Notes: generated by a model not told the origin, from the letters alone. Positions 29,367 through 39,321 are shown, counted from the stretch's first letter. The stretch: 64,000 nucleotides of DNA from Phycisphaerae bacterium (GCA_038248985.1 JBBRWV010000002.1:278-64277), one strand, 5' to 3'. Translations and numbers: made by a program.

Positions 29367-32300
29367 TTGAAGAAGCGTCTAAGGTCTCGGGTTCTCGCGG
29401 TTGGCATGGCTTCGTCCACGCTTCTGGGCTCTGGCGGTCTGCTGTATACGCACACCTCGCTCTTGGCTCAAGACAAACCTTCAGCCATTGAGCTGTTGGA
29501 CCGCGGAGCAAAACTCTACGAGCAACAACAATACGTCGACGCCAAAAAGGTGCTGCTCGACATCGACCCGGCACAACTGCCGGAAGATCAACGCGCCCGC
29601 CTCACCACGTTGACCACTAACACCAATCTGGCCCTCGCCAAGCTCACCGATTCCAACTCCGTGTTCGATGCTGCCCAAGCCGCCCAAGGTGCCGATAAAC
29701 TCGTCATGGTCCTCAAGGGTTATCAGTCGATCATTGACGACCCTAAGGCCACGCCCGAACTTAAAGAAAAAGCCAAAATTCAACACGCCCTCGCCACCGA
29801 ATTGCAAAAGTCCAAGGCTGATCAAATGAAAGCCTTGCTGAAAGAAGCCGACACCCTTTACGCCGCCGGCAAATTCGACGAAGCCGACAACGCCCTCAAT
29901 ACCGTCGATTCCGTCGGCGGAGACCTCGGCTGGCAGGACAACTCCAAGTCCGACGCCTTGCATAAGAAAATCGCGGAAAAACGCCTCGCCCTCGCCAAAG
30001 CCAACGCTACCCCCGAAACCCCCGCCGCACCGGCCACGCCCCAGGCCCCGACTACGGCCACCGTCGCCGCGCCCCCCGCACCGACTCCCGACGTGACCCA
30101 CGTCACCGCTCCTTCGGTGACCACGCCCACTCCCGCCGGCTCCGGCATCGTGACTGAAACAATTCAGGCCGACGATATCCAGCGGCAACGCGCCCTCGAG
30201 CTTTACAACAATTCCATGAAACAATCCACCGTGGAAATGGCCAAACCCAATTACCCCGCCGCCATCGAGAATGCCCGCCAGGCCTCCATCATCATTGATG
30301 CCAACAAACAATTCTTCTCCGTCGCCGAAAGCAATTCGCTGCGTGACGCCGCCCAGGCTCAGCTACGCACCGCTGCGGACAAAAAAGTCGTCTGGGATAA
30401 CCAGCAAACTGTCAAAGCCAATGAAGAAGCCGTGCGTTTGGACAAGATCCGGGCCGAAAAACGCATTGGCGATCGTAAAAAACAGGTCGATGGACTGATG
30501 CGCGACGCCCAGAAGTTCGTCGAAGTTCAGCAATACAAAGAAGCCGCCGAAACCCTTCGCCTCGTCATCGAAATCGACAAGACCAACAGCTCCGCCCGCT
30601 TGGCCCTCCAACTCATCACTGAAAAAATTTACTACCGCGAGTACAACACCCTCGTGCAAAGGCAATCTGCCGAAACGGTCCGCCAAATGGTGGACAGCCG
30701 CGAACACCTGATTCCCTATGCCGATCTCATGGTCTATCCGGAAGACTGGATCGCATTGACCCGCACCCGCGTCGGCGATCAGGGAAATCAGGATACGCCT
30801 GCCAATCGCGCCGTACGCGAACGCCTCGATGACAATCTGAAGGAAATCTCGGCCGAAAATCAGGCCTTTGAAAAAGTCATCACCTTCCTCCGCGACAACA
30901 CCAACACCAATATCTTCGTGAACTGGAAAGCCCTGGATGCCGCAGGCATCGCCCGTGAAACCCAGGTTTCCGTCAGCCTGCGCGAAGTCGCCTTCAAAAA
31001 AGTCCTGGCCACGATCCTCGCCGAAGTGGGCGGGGGCACAGCCAATCTCGGCTACACCATCGATGACGGTGTAATCACGATCTCCACCCGCGACGACTTG
31101 AACTCCGCAAAATATCAGACCGTCCGCGTGTTCGATATCCGCGACATGCTGGTGCAGCCCGACAACGCCGTCCAGCCCCCATCCTTTAACCTCTCCGACA
31201 TCACCAAGGGCGGTACCACCACAGGTGGTACCGGCAGCGGCGGCGGGGCAGGTGGCTCGCTGTTTTCCGATTCCGCAGGCGGCGGTGCTGCCACCGGCGG
31301 CGCACGGCCCAAAACCGAAATCGTCACGGAAATCGTCGACACCATCAAGGCCACCGTCGCCCCCGAATCCTGGCGCGACACCGGCGGCACCATCGGCTCC
31401 ATCCGCGAACTGAATGGACAATTGATCGTCAACCAGACCATTGATAACCAGATTGCCGTTCATAACCTGCTCTCCCAGCTTCGCGAAACTCGCGCCCTCA
31501 TGATCGCCATCGAAGCGCGCCTCCTCCTCGTCAGCAACAACTTCCTCGACGATTTTGGCTTCGGCTGGAACGTCACTATCCCCGCCGGCGTCATTGGCGG
31601 AAGCGTGGGTGCACTGAGCTTCGGCAACAACACCTCCAACCTCGCCTTGCCGCCCTCCACCGGCGTGCCCGGCTCCCTCTCGGGAATCCTCGGCGGCTCT
31701 TCCGCCACCTCCAGCCTCTCCGTTGCCGGCTCCATCATCGACAACTGGCAGTTGGATATCCTCCTCCGGGCCACCCAAGCCGACAAACGTACCGTCACCG
31801 TCACCGCCCCCCGCGTCACCCTCTTCAACGGCCAACGCGGCTATATCGCCGTCACCAATCAGCAGAACTTCGTCTCCAACTTCAACCAGTCCGTTGCCTC
31901 CGGCGGCATCAACGGCAGTGGCTCCACCGGTACCAACCTCACCGTCTCCACCTTGACGACCGGCGTCGTGCTCTACGTCGAAGCCACCGTCTCCTCCGAT
32001 CGCCGTTATGTAATCATGAAACTTCGCCCCCAACTCTCCAACCTCGAAGGCATCGATACCTATGCTTCGGACGGTACCAACATTGGCGGCGACAACAACA
32101 ACAACAATAATAATAATAATAACAACAACAACGGCCAGTTCGGCGGCGGCGGCTCATTCGTTCAGTTGCCCCGCATCTCCTACACCACTGTCGACACCAT
32201 GGTCTCCGTTCCCGACGGCGGCACACTGCTCATCGGCGGCCAGAAACTCGTCGGCGAAGCCGAAATCGAAGTCGGCGTCCCCGTACTCTCCAAAATCCCC

Positions 32301-32534
32301 GGCCTCAACCGCCTGTTCACCAACCGTTCATTCACCAAAGATGAACGTACCCTCCTCATCCTCGTCAAACCCAAGATTATCATCCAAAAAGAAGAAGAAA
32401 CCCGCCTCTTTGGTCCCAACTATGACCGTCCCAGCGGCATTCAGTCGGGTATCCCCATGACCAACGGCGCGGCAGGCATTGGCGTCAACTCGGGTATCTC
32501 CCCCTCCGCCATCGGTACACCTACCCTCAGATAA
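29367..32534 (+). CDS. pilQ: Secretin (PilQ/GspD family outer-membrane channel) with a long N-terminal coiled-coil/TPR-like extension and a Gly- and Asn-rich insert. The likely start is the TTG at 29367, preceded by AGGAG.
   Basis: C-terminal secretin block 'GGTLLIGGQKLVGEAEIEVGVPVLSKIPGLNRLFTNRSFTKDERTLLILVKPKII'. Signal peptide 'KKRLRSRVLAVGMASSTLLGSGGLLYTHTSLLA'. Confidence 0.8.
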   Translation: MKKRLRSRVLAVGMASSTLLGSGGLLYTHTSLLAQDKPSAIELLDRGAKLYEQQQYVDAKKVLLDIDPAQLPEDQRARLTTLTTNTNLALAKLTDSNSVFDAAQAAQGADKLVMVLKGYQSIIDDPKATPELKEKAKIQHALATELQKSKADQMKALLKEADTLYAAGKFDEADNALNTVDSVGGDLGWQDNSKSDALHKKIAEKRLALAKANATPETPAAPATPQAPTTATVAAPPAPTPDVTHVTAPSVTTPTPAGSGIVTETIQADDIQRQRALELYNNSMKQSTVEMAKPNYPAAIENARQASIIIDANKQFFSVAESNSLRDAAQAQLRTAADKKVVWDNQQTVKANEEAVRLDKIRAEKRIGDRKKQVDGLMRDAQKFVEVQQYKEAAETLRLVIEIDKTNSSARLALQLITEKIYYREYNTLVQRQSAETVRQMVDSREHLIPYADLMVYPEDWIALTRTRVGDQGNQDTPANRAVRERLDDNLKEISAENQAFEKVITFLRDNTNTNIFVNWKALDAAGIARETQVSVSLREVAFKKVLATILAEVGGGTANLGYTIDDGVITISTRDDLNSAKYQTVRVFDIRDMLVQPDNAVQPPSFNLSDITKGGTTTGGTGSGGGAGGSLFSDSAGGGAATGGARPKTEIVTEIVDTIKATVAPESWRDTGGTIGSIRELNGQLIVNQTIDNQIAVHNLLSQLRETRALMIAIEARLLLVSNNFLDDFGFGWNVTIPAGVIGGSVGALSFGNNTSNLALPPSTGVPGSLSGILGGSSATSSLSVAGSIIDNWQLDILLRATQADKRTVTVTAPRVTLFNGQRGYIAVTNQQNFVSNFNQSVASGGINGSGSTGTNLTVSTLTTGVVLYVEATVSSDRRYVIMKLRPQLSNLEGIDTYASDGTNIGGDNNNNNNNNNNNNNGQFGGGGSFVQLPRISYTTVDTMVSVPDGGTLLIGGQKLVGEAEIEVGVPVLSKIPGLNRLFTNRSFTKDERTLLILVKPKIIIQKEEETRLFGPNYDRPSGIQSGIPMTNGAAGIGVNSGISPSAIGTPTLR
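32094..32132 (+). repeat. (AAC)4(AAT)5(AAC)4 trinucleotide microsatellite encoding Asn13 inside pilQ.
   Basis: Read directly from the sequence: gac aac aac aac aac aat aat aat aat aat aac aac aac aac ggc. It is an AT-rich tract in an otherwise high-GC genome. Confidence 0.9.
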
Positions 32535-32553
32535 CGCCGCCTCTATTCACTCA

Positions 32554-32605
32554 AAAACTCAGGGCCGATCAGATGACTCATCTGATCGGCCCTTTCTGTT
32601 TTGTC
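32554..32605. terminator. Bidirectional rho-independent terminator between convergent pilQ and the TPR/OGT-like gene.
   Basis: 16-bp perfect inverted repeat AGGGCCGATCAGATGA / TCATCTGATCGGCCCT followed by TTCTGTTTTGTC. An A-tract lies upstream. Confidence 0.75.
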
Positions 32606-32634
32606 GGAGCGCTGCTCAGCGCCATTCCCCTGTC

Positions 32635-34842
32635 TCAACCCGCCGAAGCACACCATGTCTTCCAAGCCTGTCGATACGCCGCTCCGATCGACCTCGCGAA
32701 TCCCGGGCCATCCATCAGTGGAGACTCAATCATCCGCTGTCGCAGCGTGGAACGTATCCACGCCAACTGGTCCAGATTCGTCGCCAGGCTCTGAACAATC
32801 CCGATAAACTCTTCCGGCGCCCGCGCCACCAGTTCGGTCATTCCCAAATTCGATAGCTGGCTCAATCCCGCCCGACTCGCCACCGTGTTGCCCACAAGCG
32901 TCACCACCGGCACCCCCATCCAACTGGAATCCAGGCTTGTGGTGTGACCGTTGTACGGGAAGCTGTCGAGCCCAATATCGATGTCCTGGTAAATGGCCAG
33001 GTACCTGAGCCGCGCTCGCGGCTGGGCGAAACTTACCCGCTCCGAAGCGATTCCCTGCCTCTCCAGAAAGCCCCTCATCCGCGCCCGGTGCGCGCCCTCC
33101 CGCGCCAGCATCACCAGTCGCGACTGGGGAACCGCGTGCATCGCCCGCGCCCACAATGCCAGCACTTCGTCCCCGATCTTGCAAAGGTTGTTGAGGTTGC
33201 CGAAGGTGATGTAACCCCGATCTTTGGCCGGCAAAGGCGAAACCGGTGGCTCTTCCGTCAGCGGATAAAAGCACCAGAAGCTGTGCGCCAGCCGCAGCGA
33301 TTTTTCAGAATAATACGCGTCATACAACCCCTCCGGATCCAGGTAAGGATCGGTCAGGCGGTAGTCAATCGCCGAAAGACCCGTCGTCCCCGGGTAGCCC
33401 GCAAAGGTCACCTGCACCGGTGCCGGCTTCCGCGCAAACAACTCCATGCGCCCGCCCGCCATATGGAGCGACAGGTCCACGAGAATATCAATGCGATCCC
33501 CCCGAATCAGCTTTGCCGCGTCCTGATCGCTCAGCAGGTGAATGTCCCGCCACGTGAGCGGCAGAGATTGAAAATGACGACTGAATAAGTCCGTCGTCGA
33601 AGCGTTGGAATAACAAAAAATCTCCAACGCCCCCCGATCATGCTCCTCCATGAGCGGCACCAGATTGCGCCCTACCACATGGTTGCGAAAATCCGCGGAG
33701 ACATACCCCACTCGAAGCCGCCGCCCAGGCACGGGCTCTTGTGTGTGCGGCCGAATCTCTTTCGCCAGCGGCTGCCCGATATGCACGTCCCACAGTCTGT
33801 GCTCGGCGTATAGTTGCGCCATGTCATAGCCCGGTTGAAACAGCAGTGTGTAAATCAGGTTGCCCCGGGCTGTGCCATATGCGGGGTCAATCTCCAGCGC
33901 CTTACGGTAGCACTCAATGGCTTCACCCACGAGGGCCTGATTCTTGAGACAGTTTCCCAGGTTGTTGTATGCCTGACCGAACCGCGGATCGTTCTCAATC
34001 GCCCGTCGATAATACGCGACAGCCTCCTCCGATCGGTTCAGGGTCTGGCAGGTATCACCCATCCCCAGCAATGCGCTCGCATTGGCCGGCTGAAGAATGA
34101 GCATTTTCTGAAAACACTCGAGAGCCTTGTCCGACTCACCATTGTCCCGATAGGCATTCCCCAGGTTGTAAAGCCCTTCAATAAAATCAGGCTTGAGAAT
34201 ACGCGCTTTTTCCAAATGCTCGATGGCTTGCGGAATCTTGAACTGCCGCATCAGCACCAGGCCCAAGTTGCTGTGAACTTCCGCCACGTCAGGGCGAATT
34301 TCCAGCGCGCGTCCAAAACTTTCCGCAGCTTCCGTCCATCGCCCGGCTACGCGATACGCGTTGCCCAGCGCATTGAATGCATCATACGAACGCGGCTCCA
34401 ATTGCGTCACGCGCAACGCCGAGGCCGTCGCTTCCTCATATCTCAACTGCCCTTGCAGCGCAATCGTCAGGTTGATGAGCGCATCGGTAAAATCCGGCTC
34501 CAGCCGCAACGCCTGCTGATACGCCGCAATCGCTTCGTCGAGTTTGCCCTGGGCGCGCAACGCCTCGCCCAGGTTCGAATAAAAGCCAGGATGGGTTTTA
34601 ACCAGCGCTATCGCTTCCCGTATGAGCGCCTCGGCAGCCTCGTGCTCCCCCGCTTGATGCGCCAACACACCCAGCAAATGAAAGGCATCTGCACAACGCG
34701 GGTCCGTCGCCAAAATGCGCCGGTACAGCACCTCCGCCTCACGCAGCCGACCCGCCTGGTGATCCGCAATTGCCTGCTGTAACGCCTCAGCGATGGTTAG
34801 TTCTGCCATAGGATCACCATGATACAAAGTTGTGCAGCTCAA
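32635..34842 (-). CDS. TPR-repeat protein with a C-terminal GT41-like (O-GlcNAc transferase / SPINDLY-type) glycosyltransferase domain.
   Basis: About 11 N-terminal TPR units (AxxxYxxAL / NLGxALxxxG patterns). The C-terminal half is 'RLRVGYVSADFRNHVVGRNL...GYITFGNLNNLCKIGDEVLALWARAM', as in bacterial OGT-like proteins. Confidence 0.65.
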   Translation of the reverse strand: MSCTTLYHGDPMAELTIAEALQQAIADHQAGRLREAEVLYRRILATDPRCADAFHLLGVLAHQAGEHEAAEALIREAIALVKTHPGFYSNLGEALRAQGKLDEAIAAYQQALRLEPDFTDALINLTIALQGQLRYEEATASALRVTQLEPRSYDAFNALGNAYRVAGRWTEAAESFGRALEIRPDVAEVHSNLGLVLMRQFKIPQAIEHLEKARILKPDFIEGLYNLGNAYRDNGESDKALECFQKMLILQPANASALLGMGDTCQTLNRSEEAVAYYRRAIENDPRFGQAYNNLGNCLKNQALVGEAIECYRKALEIDPAYGTARGNLIYTLLFQPGYDMAQLYAEHRLWDVHIGQPLAKEIRPHTQEPVPGRRLRVGYVSADFRNHVVGRNLVPLMEEHDRGALEIFCYSNASTTDLFSRHFQSLPLTWRDIHLLSDQDAAKLIRGDRIDILVDLSLHMAGGRMELFARKPAPVQVTFAGYPGTTGLSAIDYRLTDPYLDPEGLYDAYYSEKSLRLAHSFWCFYPLTEEPPVSPLPAKDRGYITFGNLNNLCKIGDEVLALWARAMHAVPQSRLVMLAREGAHRARMRGFLERQGIASERVSFAQPRARLRYLAIYQDIDIGLDSFPYNGHTTSLDSSWMGVPVVTLVGNTVASRAGLSQLSNLGMTELVARAPEEFIGIVQSLATNLDQLAWIRSTLRQRMIESPLMDGPGFARSIGAAYRQAWKTWCASAG

Positions 34843-34912
34843 AAAAAACAGACCCCGGCGTTACACGCCGGGATCTGTGAAAAATTCATTTTTTCAATTC
34901 ACCCGCGCTCAA

Positions 34913-36094
34913 TTACCTCACGCCCATGAGGATTTCCATGGTGACTTGATCGAGCCTCTCATACGGCAGCCCACGCGTGCCCAGCGCCTTGCGGTCAAAC
35001 TTGATCGCCTTAAGCGACTTGATCGTCTCCTCGCTGAACGTACCCACCAGCCGCGCCAGCTTCTCATCCGGCACGTTGATCTCCGCACGCAACGCCTGCA
35101 CTTCCTTGTCCGAATTGAACTGGGCGACTTTCGCTTTCAGCAGCATGTAGGTGCGGATGCAGCCCTTGGCAAATTCACGTACGCCGTCGAAATCCTCGGT
35201 GCGGTATGCATGCGCATCGAAATGCAACGGACCAGAATACTTGTGATCAAGCAGCAGCTTGACGAGAAAGAACGCCTGCTTGATGTTCGCCGCGCCAAAA
35301 CGGAAGTCCTGGTCGTACCGACCCGATTCCTGGTCATTCAAATCAATGTGGAATAGTTTCCCGGCTTCCAACGCCTGCGCCACGTGATGCGTGAAGTTCA
35401 GGCCCGCCATCGATTCATGGGCGACCTCCGGATTTACCCCGACCATCTCGGGATAATCGAGTGTCTCAATAAAGCCCAGGCAGTTGCCCGTCGTGGCCAG
35501 GTAAATATGACCGCGTGGCTCGTTGGGCTTCGCCTCCAGTGCGAAACGATACCCGTAATTGTTATGCATCGAATACTGGCACAAAAAATTCAAGGCCTCA
35601 CGGAAATGCTTGAGGCCTTCCGTCGGATCCTTCCCCGCGTCGGTCTCGGAACCTTCGCGGCCGCCCCAGAATACGTACGTCTTGGCGCCAAACTCGGCGC
35701 CCAGGTCCATCGCCGCCATCGTCTTCTGAATCGCATACGCGCGGACACGGGCGTCACCGCTGGTAAACGCCCCATCCTTGAAAATTGGGTCGCCGAAAAG
35801 ATTCGTCGTCGCCATCGGCACAACCAGCCCGTTGCGATTCAACGCCTTCTTGAAATCCGCAATGATCTGTTTCTTCTTCGCTGGCGTTGCGTCGATCGGC
35901 ACCAGATCGTTGTCATGAAAGTTGACGCCATGCACGCCCCCCACCGTGCCCAGCAGATCGACTATCTGCGGCGGCGTAAGCTGCTCACGAACAGGTCCGC
36001 CAAACGGGTCGCGCCCCGGATTGCCGACGGTCCACAGACCGAACGTGAATTTCTCGGATTTGGTGGGCGCAATTTGAACAGGTTTTTTGGCCAT
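34913..36094 (-). CDS. xylA: Xylose isomerase (class I, Actinoplanes/Streptomyces type). The start is taken at MAKKPVQ; the ORF track extends to 36193.
   Basis: '[17 protein letters not shown]' and '[10 protein letters not shown]' are canonical xylose isomerase signatures. 'FHDND' metal-site motif. Confidence 0.85.
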   Translation of the reverse strand: MAKKPVQIAPTKSEKFTFGLWTVGNPGRDPFGGPVREQLTPPQIVDLLGTVGGVHGVNFHDNDLVPIDATPAKKKQIIADFKKALNRNGLVVPMATTNLFGDPIFKDGAFTSGDARVRAYAIQKTMAAMDLGAEFGAKTYVFWGGREGSETDAGKDPTEGLKHFREALNFLCQYSMHNNYGYRFALEAKPNEPRGHIYLATTGNCLGFIETLDYPEMVGVNPEVAHESMAGLNFTHHVAQALEAGKLFHIDLNDQESGRYDQDFRFGAANIKQAFFLVKLLLDHKYSGPLHFDAHAYRTEDFDGVREFAKGCIRTYMLLKAKVAQFNSDKEVQALRAEINVPDEKLARLVGTFSEETIKSLKAIKFDRKALGTRGLPYERLDQVTMEILMGVR

Positions 36095-36307
36095 GAGAGG
36101 TTTCCTTCCGCAACAATGCGTGCAAAACAATGACATCACAAGGGGATGTAAATCATCGGAGAAAGTGGCAAATCCTGCAAGGGCAGAACGCACGCCCTCC
36201 GCTCTTCAACCCGGCCTCCCTCCGCGACATATTCACGGCGTTTGAAGGACTCACCAAAAACCACTAAAATGCGCGTCTTTACCAACCTCCCGCAAGGACT
36301 CAGTCAT

Positions 36308-36712
36308 ATGGCGACCGCCTTCAAAACCAGCGTTGTGACCCCCGAAGCCATCGTGCTCGAAACAACCGTAACGGCCGCTCAAATACCCGCATTTGATGGC
36401 CTCATCGGAATCCTCCATCTCCGCGCACCCCTCCTCGCCAAACTCGGCACCGGCGTGCTTCGCCTCGATGGCGTCGACGGCCAGGATACCCGGCAACAAT
36501 ATGTCGTCTCTGGCGGATACGCCGAAGTAAAAGACGATGTCCTCACCATTCTCACCCACGAAGCCATCCCCGCCGCCCTCGTAACCTCCGCCGCCATTGC
36601 CGCTGAAGAAGCCAAACTCCACGCCGTCCAAGGCCATGATCTTCCCGCTATGGAAAAACGCCAAGCCTTGCAGGCCCGCCTGCAGGCCATGCGCAGCGTG
36701 CTTTCGATGTAA
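36308..36712 (+). CDS. atpC: F-type ATP synthase epsilon-subunit homologue. It is not adjacent to any other atp gene. The start is taken at MATAFKTS; the ORF track starts at 36242.
   Basis: 'VVTPEAIVLETTVTAAQIPAFDGLIGILHLRAPLLAKLGTGVLRL...YVVSGGYAEV...VLTIL' follows the epsilon-subunit beta-sandwich consensus, and a C-terminal helical hairpin is present. Confidence 0.6.
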   Translation: MATAFKTSVVTPEAIVLETTVTAAQIPAFDGLIGILHLRAPLLAKLGTGVLRLDGVDGQDTRQQYVVSGGYAEVKDDVLTILTHEAIPAALVTSAAIAAEEAKLHAVQGHDLPAMEKRQALQARLQAMRSVLSM

Positions 36713-36733
36713 TCGCCGCACACCCCCGGCGGC

Positions 36734-37300
36734 CTAAATATCCCCCAGCAACTTGCGAATATCCATCTTATCCGGATCATCCTCCTCCGCATCGGCGATC
36801 GGCAAAGGTGCCGGATCCGGCGGCGTAATTCCAAATTCCTTGAGCCAATGCTGGGTTTCTCCCGGCGTGGAACTCCCGCCGGATTTCTGCGGCGAAATGA
36901 CCTTGCCTCCCGCGCCTCCCCCCGGCTGACCCTGCAAAAGCTCATTCAAAAAAGATTCGCAACTTATCGCACTGGCAAAGTTCTTCCGCGCCTGCAGCGC
37001 CACCGCGCGGTCGTTCGTCACCACCATCAACTTCTTCCGCGCCGTCGATACCTCCACCAGTTGCCCAATCACCAGGTCTGCGGATACCCCCGCCCCTGAG
37101 TAACGAAAATGAATCCCCGAAAACTCCGTCTCATCCGGCTCGTCCGGCTTCTTCCGCCCATCCAATACCAGCGTCACCCGCGGCTTCCGTGGAGAACTGG
37201 CAATCCACCGACAAAGCGTGCCCACCGTCAAACGCGAAAACGGCCCGCCCAAATTGCGCCCCGCGTGAATGCAATTATATGTGTCCACCAGGTAATTCAT
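36734..37300 (-). CDS. YacP/Rae1-like NYN-domain protein (predicted RNase). It overlaps the upstream ald stop by 4 bp.
   Basis: 'MNYLVDTYNCIH...VTLVLDG...MVVTNDRAV' fits the DGYN / PIN-like NYN pattern of YacP. Confidence 0.5.
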   Translation of the reverse strand: MNYLVDTYNCIHAGRNLGGPFSRLTVGTLCRWIASSPRKPRVTLVLDGRKKPDEPDETEFSGIHFRYSGAGVSADLVIGQLVEVSTARKKLMVVTNDRAVALQARKNFASAISCESFLNELLQGQPGGGAGGKVISPQKSGGSSTPGETQHWLKEFGITPPDPAPLPIADAEEDDPDKMDIRKLLGDI

Positions 37301-38406
37301 CCCCCCATTATACCCTGCCGGCTCGCTTCATAGATCGCGCGCACCGCCGGGTGAATGATCTTCCCTCCCGCCATATTCAACCCCTGCGCCAATCCCCCAT
37401 CCTCCGCCGCCGCCGCCTCCCACCCTTTGTCCGCGATCGCCTTCGCATACGGCAACGTCGCATTGCACAACGCAAACGTACTCGTCCGCCCCACCGCCCC
37501 CGGCATGTTCGTCACACAGTAATGCACCACGCCTTCCTCCACATACACGGGATTCTTATGCGTCGTCGGCCGCGCCGTCTCCACGCATCCTCCCTGGTCG
37601 ATCGCCACATCCACAATCACCGCCCCGTTCTTCATGTACTGCAAATCCGCCCGCGTCACCAGCCGCGGCGCCCGCGCCCCCGGTATCAGCACCGCCCCCA
37701 CCACCAAATCCGCAATCCTCAAACTCTCCCGAATATTGTGCGGGTCCGAATACAACTCCGTCACATTCGCCGGCATCACATCATCCAAATAACGCAACCG
37801 ATCCAAATTGATGTCCAATAGCAACACATGCGCCCCCAAACCCGCCGCCACCTTCGCCGCACTCTGCCCCACCACCCCCGCTCCCAAAATCACCACATTC
37901 GCCGGCGCCACCCCCGGCACCCCGCCCAACAAAATCCCCCGCCCCATCATCGGCTTCTCCAAATACTTCGCCCCCTCCTGTATCGACATCTTCCCCGCTA
38001 TCTCACTCATCGGAGTCAAACACGGCAACCTCCCCAATCGATCTCGAATCGTCTCGTAAGCAATCGCATAAATCCCCGCCTTCACACACCCATCAATAAG
38101 CGCTCGATCCGCTGCAAAATGAAAATACGTCAACACCAACTGCCCCTCCCGCATGTGCGGCCACTCCGCCGCCTGCGGCTCCTTCACCTTCACAATCAAC
38201 TCCGCCCGCGCCCACACCTCCGCCGCGCTCCCCAGGATCGTCGCCCCCGCCGCCGCAAACTCGTCATTGCTGATCCCCGACCCAATCCCCGCATTGTCTT
38301 CGATAAAAACAAAATGCCCCGATCGAGTGAGAATCTCCACCCCCGCCGGAATGATGGCGACCCGATATTCGTCTGATTTCACTTCACGCGGAATGCCGAT
38401 CAGCAT
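37297..38406 (-). CDS. ald: Alanine dehydrogenase. The start is taken at MLIGIPRE, which has a GGAGA RBS; the ORF track extends to 38466.
   Basis: 'MLIGIPREVKSDEYRVAIIPAGVEILTRSGHFVFIEDNAGIGSGISNDEFAAAGATI' is near-identical in pattern to Bacillus Ald '[23 protein letters not shown]...'. The NAD Rossmann 'VVILGAGVVG' is present. Confidence 0.8.
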   Translation of the reverse strand: MLIGIPREVKSDEYRVAIIPAGVEILTRSGHFVFIEDNAGIGSGISNDEFAAAGATILGSAAEVWARAELIVKVKEPQAAEWPHMREGQLVLTYFHFAADRALIDGCVKAGIYAIAYETIRDRLGRLPCLTPMSEIAGKMSIQEGAKYLEKPMMGRGILLGGVPGVAPANVVILGAGVVGQSAAKVAAGLGAHVLLLDINLDRLRYLDDVMPANVTELYSDPHNIRESLRIADLVVGAVLIPGARAPRLVTRADLQYMKNGAVIVDVAIDQGGCVETARPTTHKNPVYVEEGVVHYCVTNMPGAVGRTSTFALCNATLPYAKAIADKGWEAAAAEDGGLAQGLNMAGGKIIHPAVRAIYEASRQGIMGG

Positions 38407-38508
38407 TGGTATCTCCAAACCCAAAGTCCCGGGAACGCCCTCGCCGGGGCATATCATAGCGTGCACACACCTTTTATAGGACAGTGAAATTTTGCATCAG
38501 TTGTTGTT

Positions 38509-39315
38509 TTGTTGCGACGCAGATTTAACCGATGTTGTGAAGGATCAACATCCATGCCGGATGTTGGCTTTGAGCAACATAATATGTATGAAGATATAAA
38601 GACATCTTTACGTCCAAATGCGATGGACAACCCCTCGCCCCCGTCCGTCTCCAAACTCGCCGCCAAGGTCGCGCATGAGTTGAACAACCCCCTCGACGCC
38701 GTCCTCCGCTACATCTCCCTCGCCCAACGCAAAGCCAGACTCGGCGACTACTCCGATATCGAACGCTACCTCAACGACGCCCAGTTCGGACTACAACGCA
38801 TGGTCGAAATCCTCCGTGAACTCATGGAAATCGGCCGCCAGACCAATGACGTTCTCGGCGGGCCCGCCCCCCTGCCCCTCCTCGAAGTAATCTCCCACGC
38901 CCGCCGCACCGTCGCCCCCCTCGCCGAACAACGTCAGGTCACCCTCAAAATCCTCGGCGAAATACGCAACGATATCCGCACCGACCTCCGCCTCTCCCAG
39001 GTCCTCGCAAATGTCCTCAAAAACGCCATCGAAGCCTCCCCCGAAAACGCCGTCGTCGACACCCATGTCGAAAGCACCGCCGCCACCCTCACCATCCACG
39101 TCGTCGACAATGGCGCCGGCTTCAATGAATCGCTCCACGAAAAACTCTTCATGCCCTTCGTCACCACCAAGGCCAAAGGCAGCGGGCATGGCCTCGGACT
39201 CGCCATCTCCCGCGAACTCATGATGACCCTCGGCGGCACCCTCACCCTCGCCAACCGCGAGCCTCCGCAATGCGGCTGCGTCGCCACTATCCAAATGCCT
39301 CTGATGAACGCTTGA
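38509..39315 (+). CDS. Cytoplasmic sensor histidine kinase (HisKA + HATPase_c), with no TM segments. The start may be an internal Met (38554 or 38584).
   Basis: H-box 'AAKVAHELNNPLDAV'. N/G boxes 'VVDNGAGFNESLHEKLFMPFVTTKAKGSGHGLGLAISRELM'. Confidence 0.75.
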   Translation: MLRRRFNRCCEGSTSMPDVGFEQHNMYEDIKTSLRPNAMDNPSPPSVSKLAAKVAHELNNPLDAVLRYISLAQRKARLGDYSDIERYLNDAQFGLQRMVEILRELMEIGRQTNDVLGGPAPLPLLEVISHARRTVAPLAEQRQVTLKILGEIRNDIRTDLRLSQVLANVLKNAIEASPENAVVDTHVESTAATLTIHVVDNGAGFNESLHEKLFMPFVTTKAKGSGHGLGLAISRELMMTLGGTLTLANREPPQCGCVATIQMPLMNA

Positions 39316-39321
39316 TGGAAA

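Noticed and set aside
35570-35590. Sigma54-like TGGCAC-N5 element. Others are at 24935 and 63790.
   Set aside because: The downstream TTGC half is absent and the sites are inside coding sequences. No convincing -24/-12 promoter was found for the NtrC-like regulator within the window.
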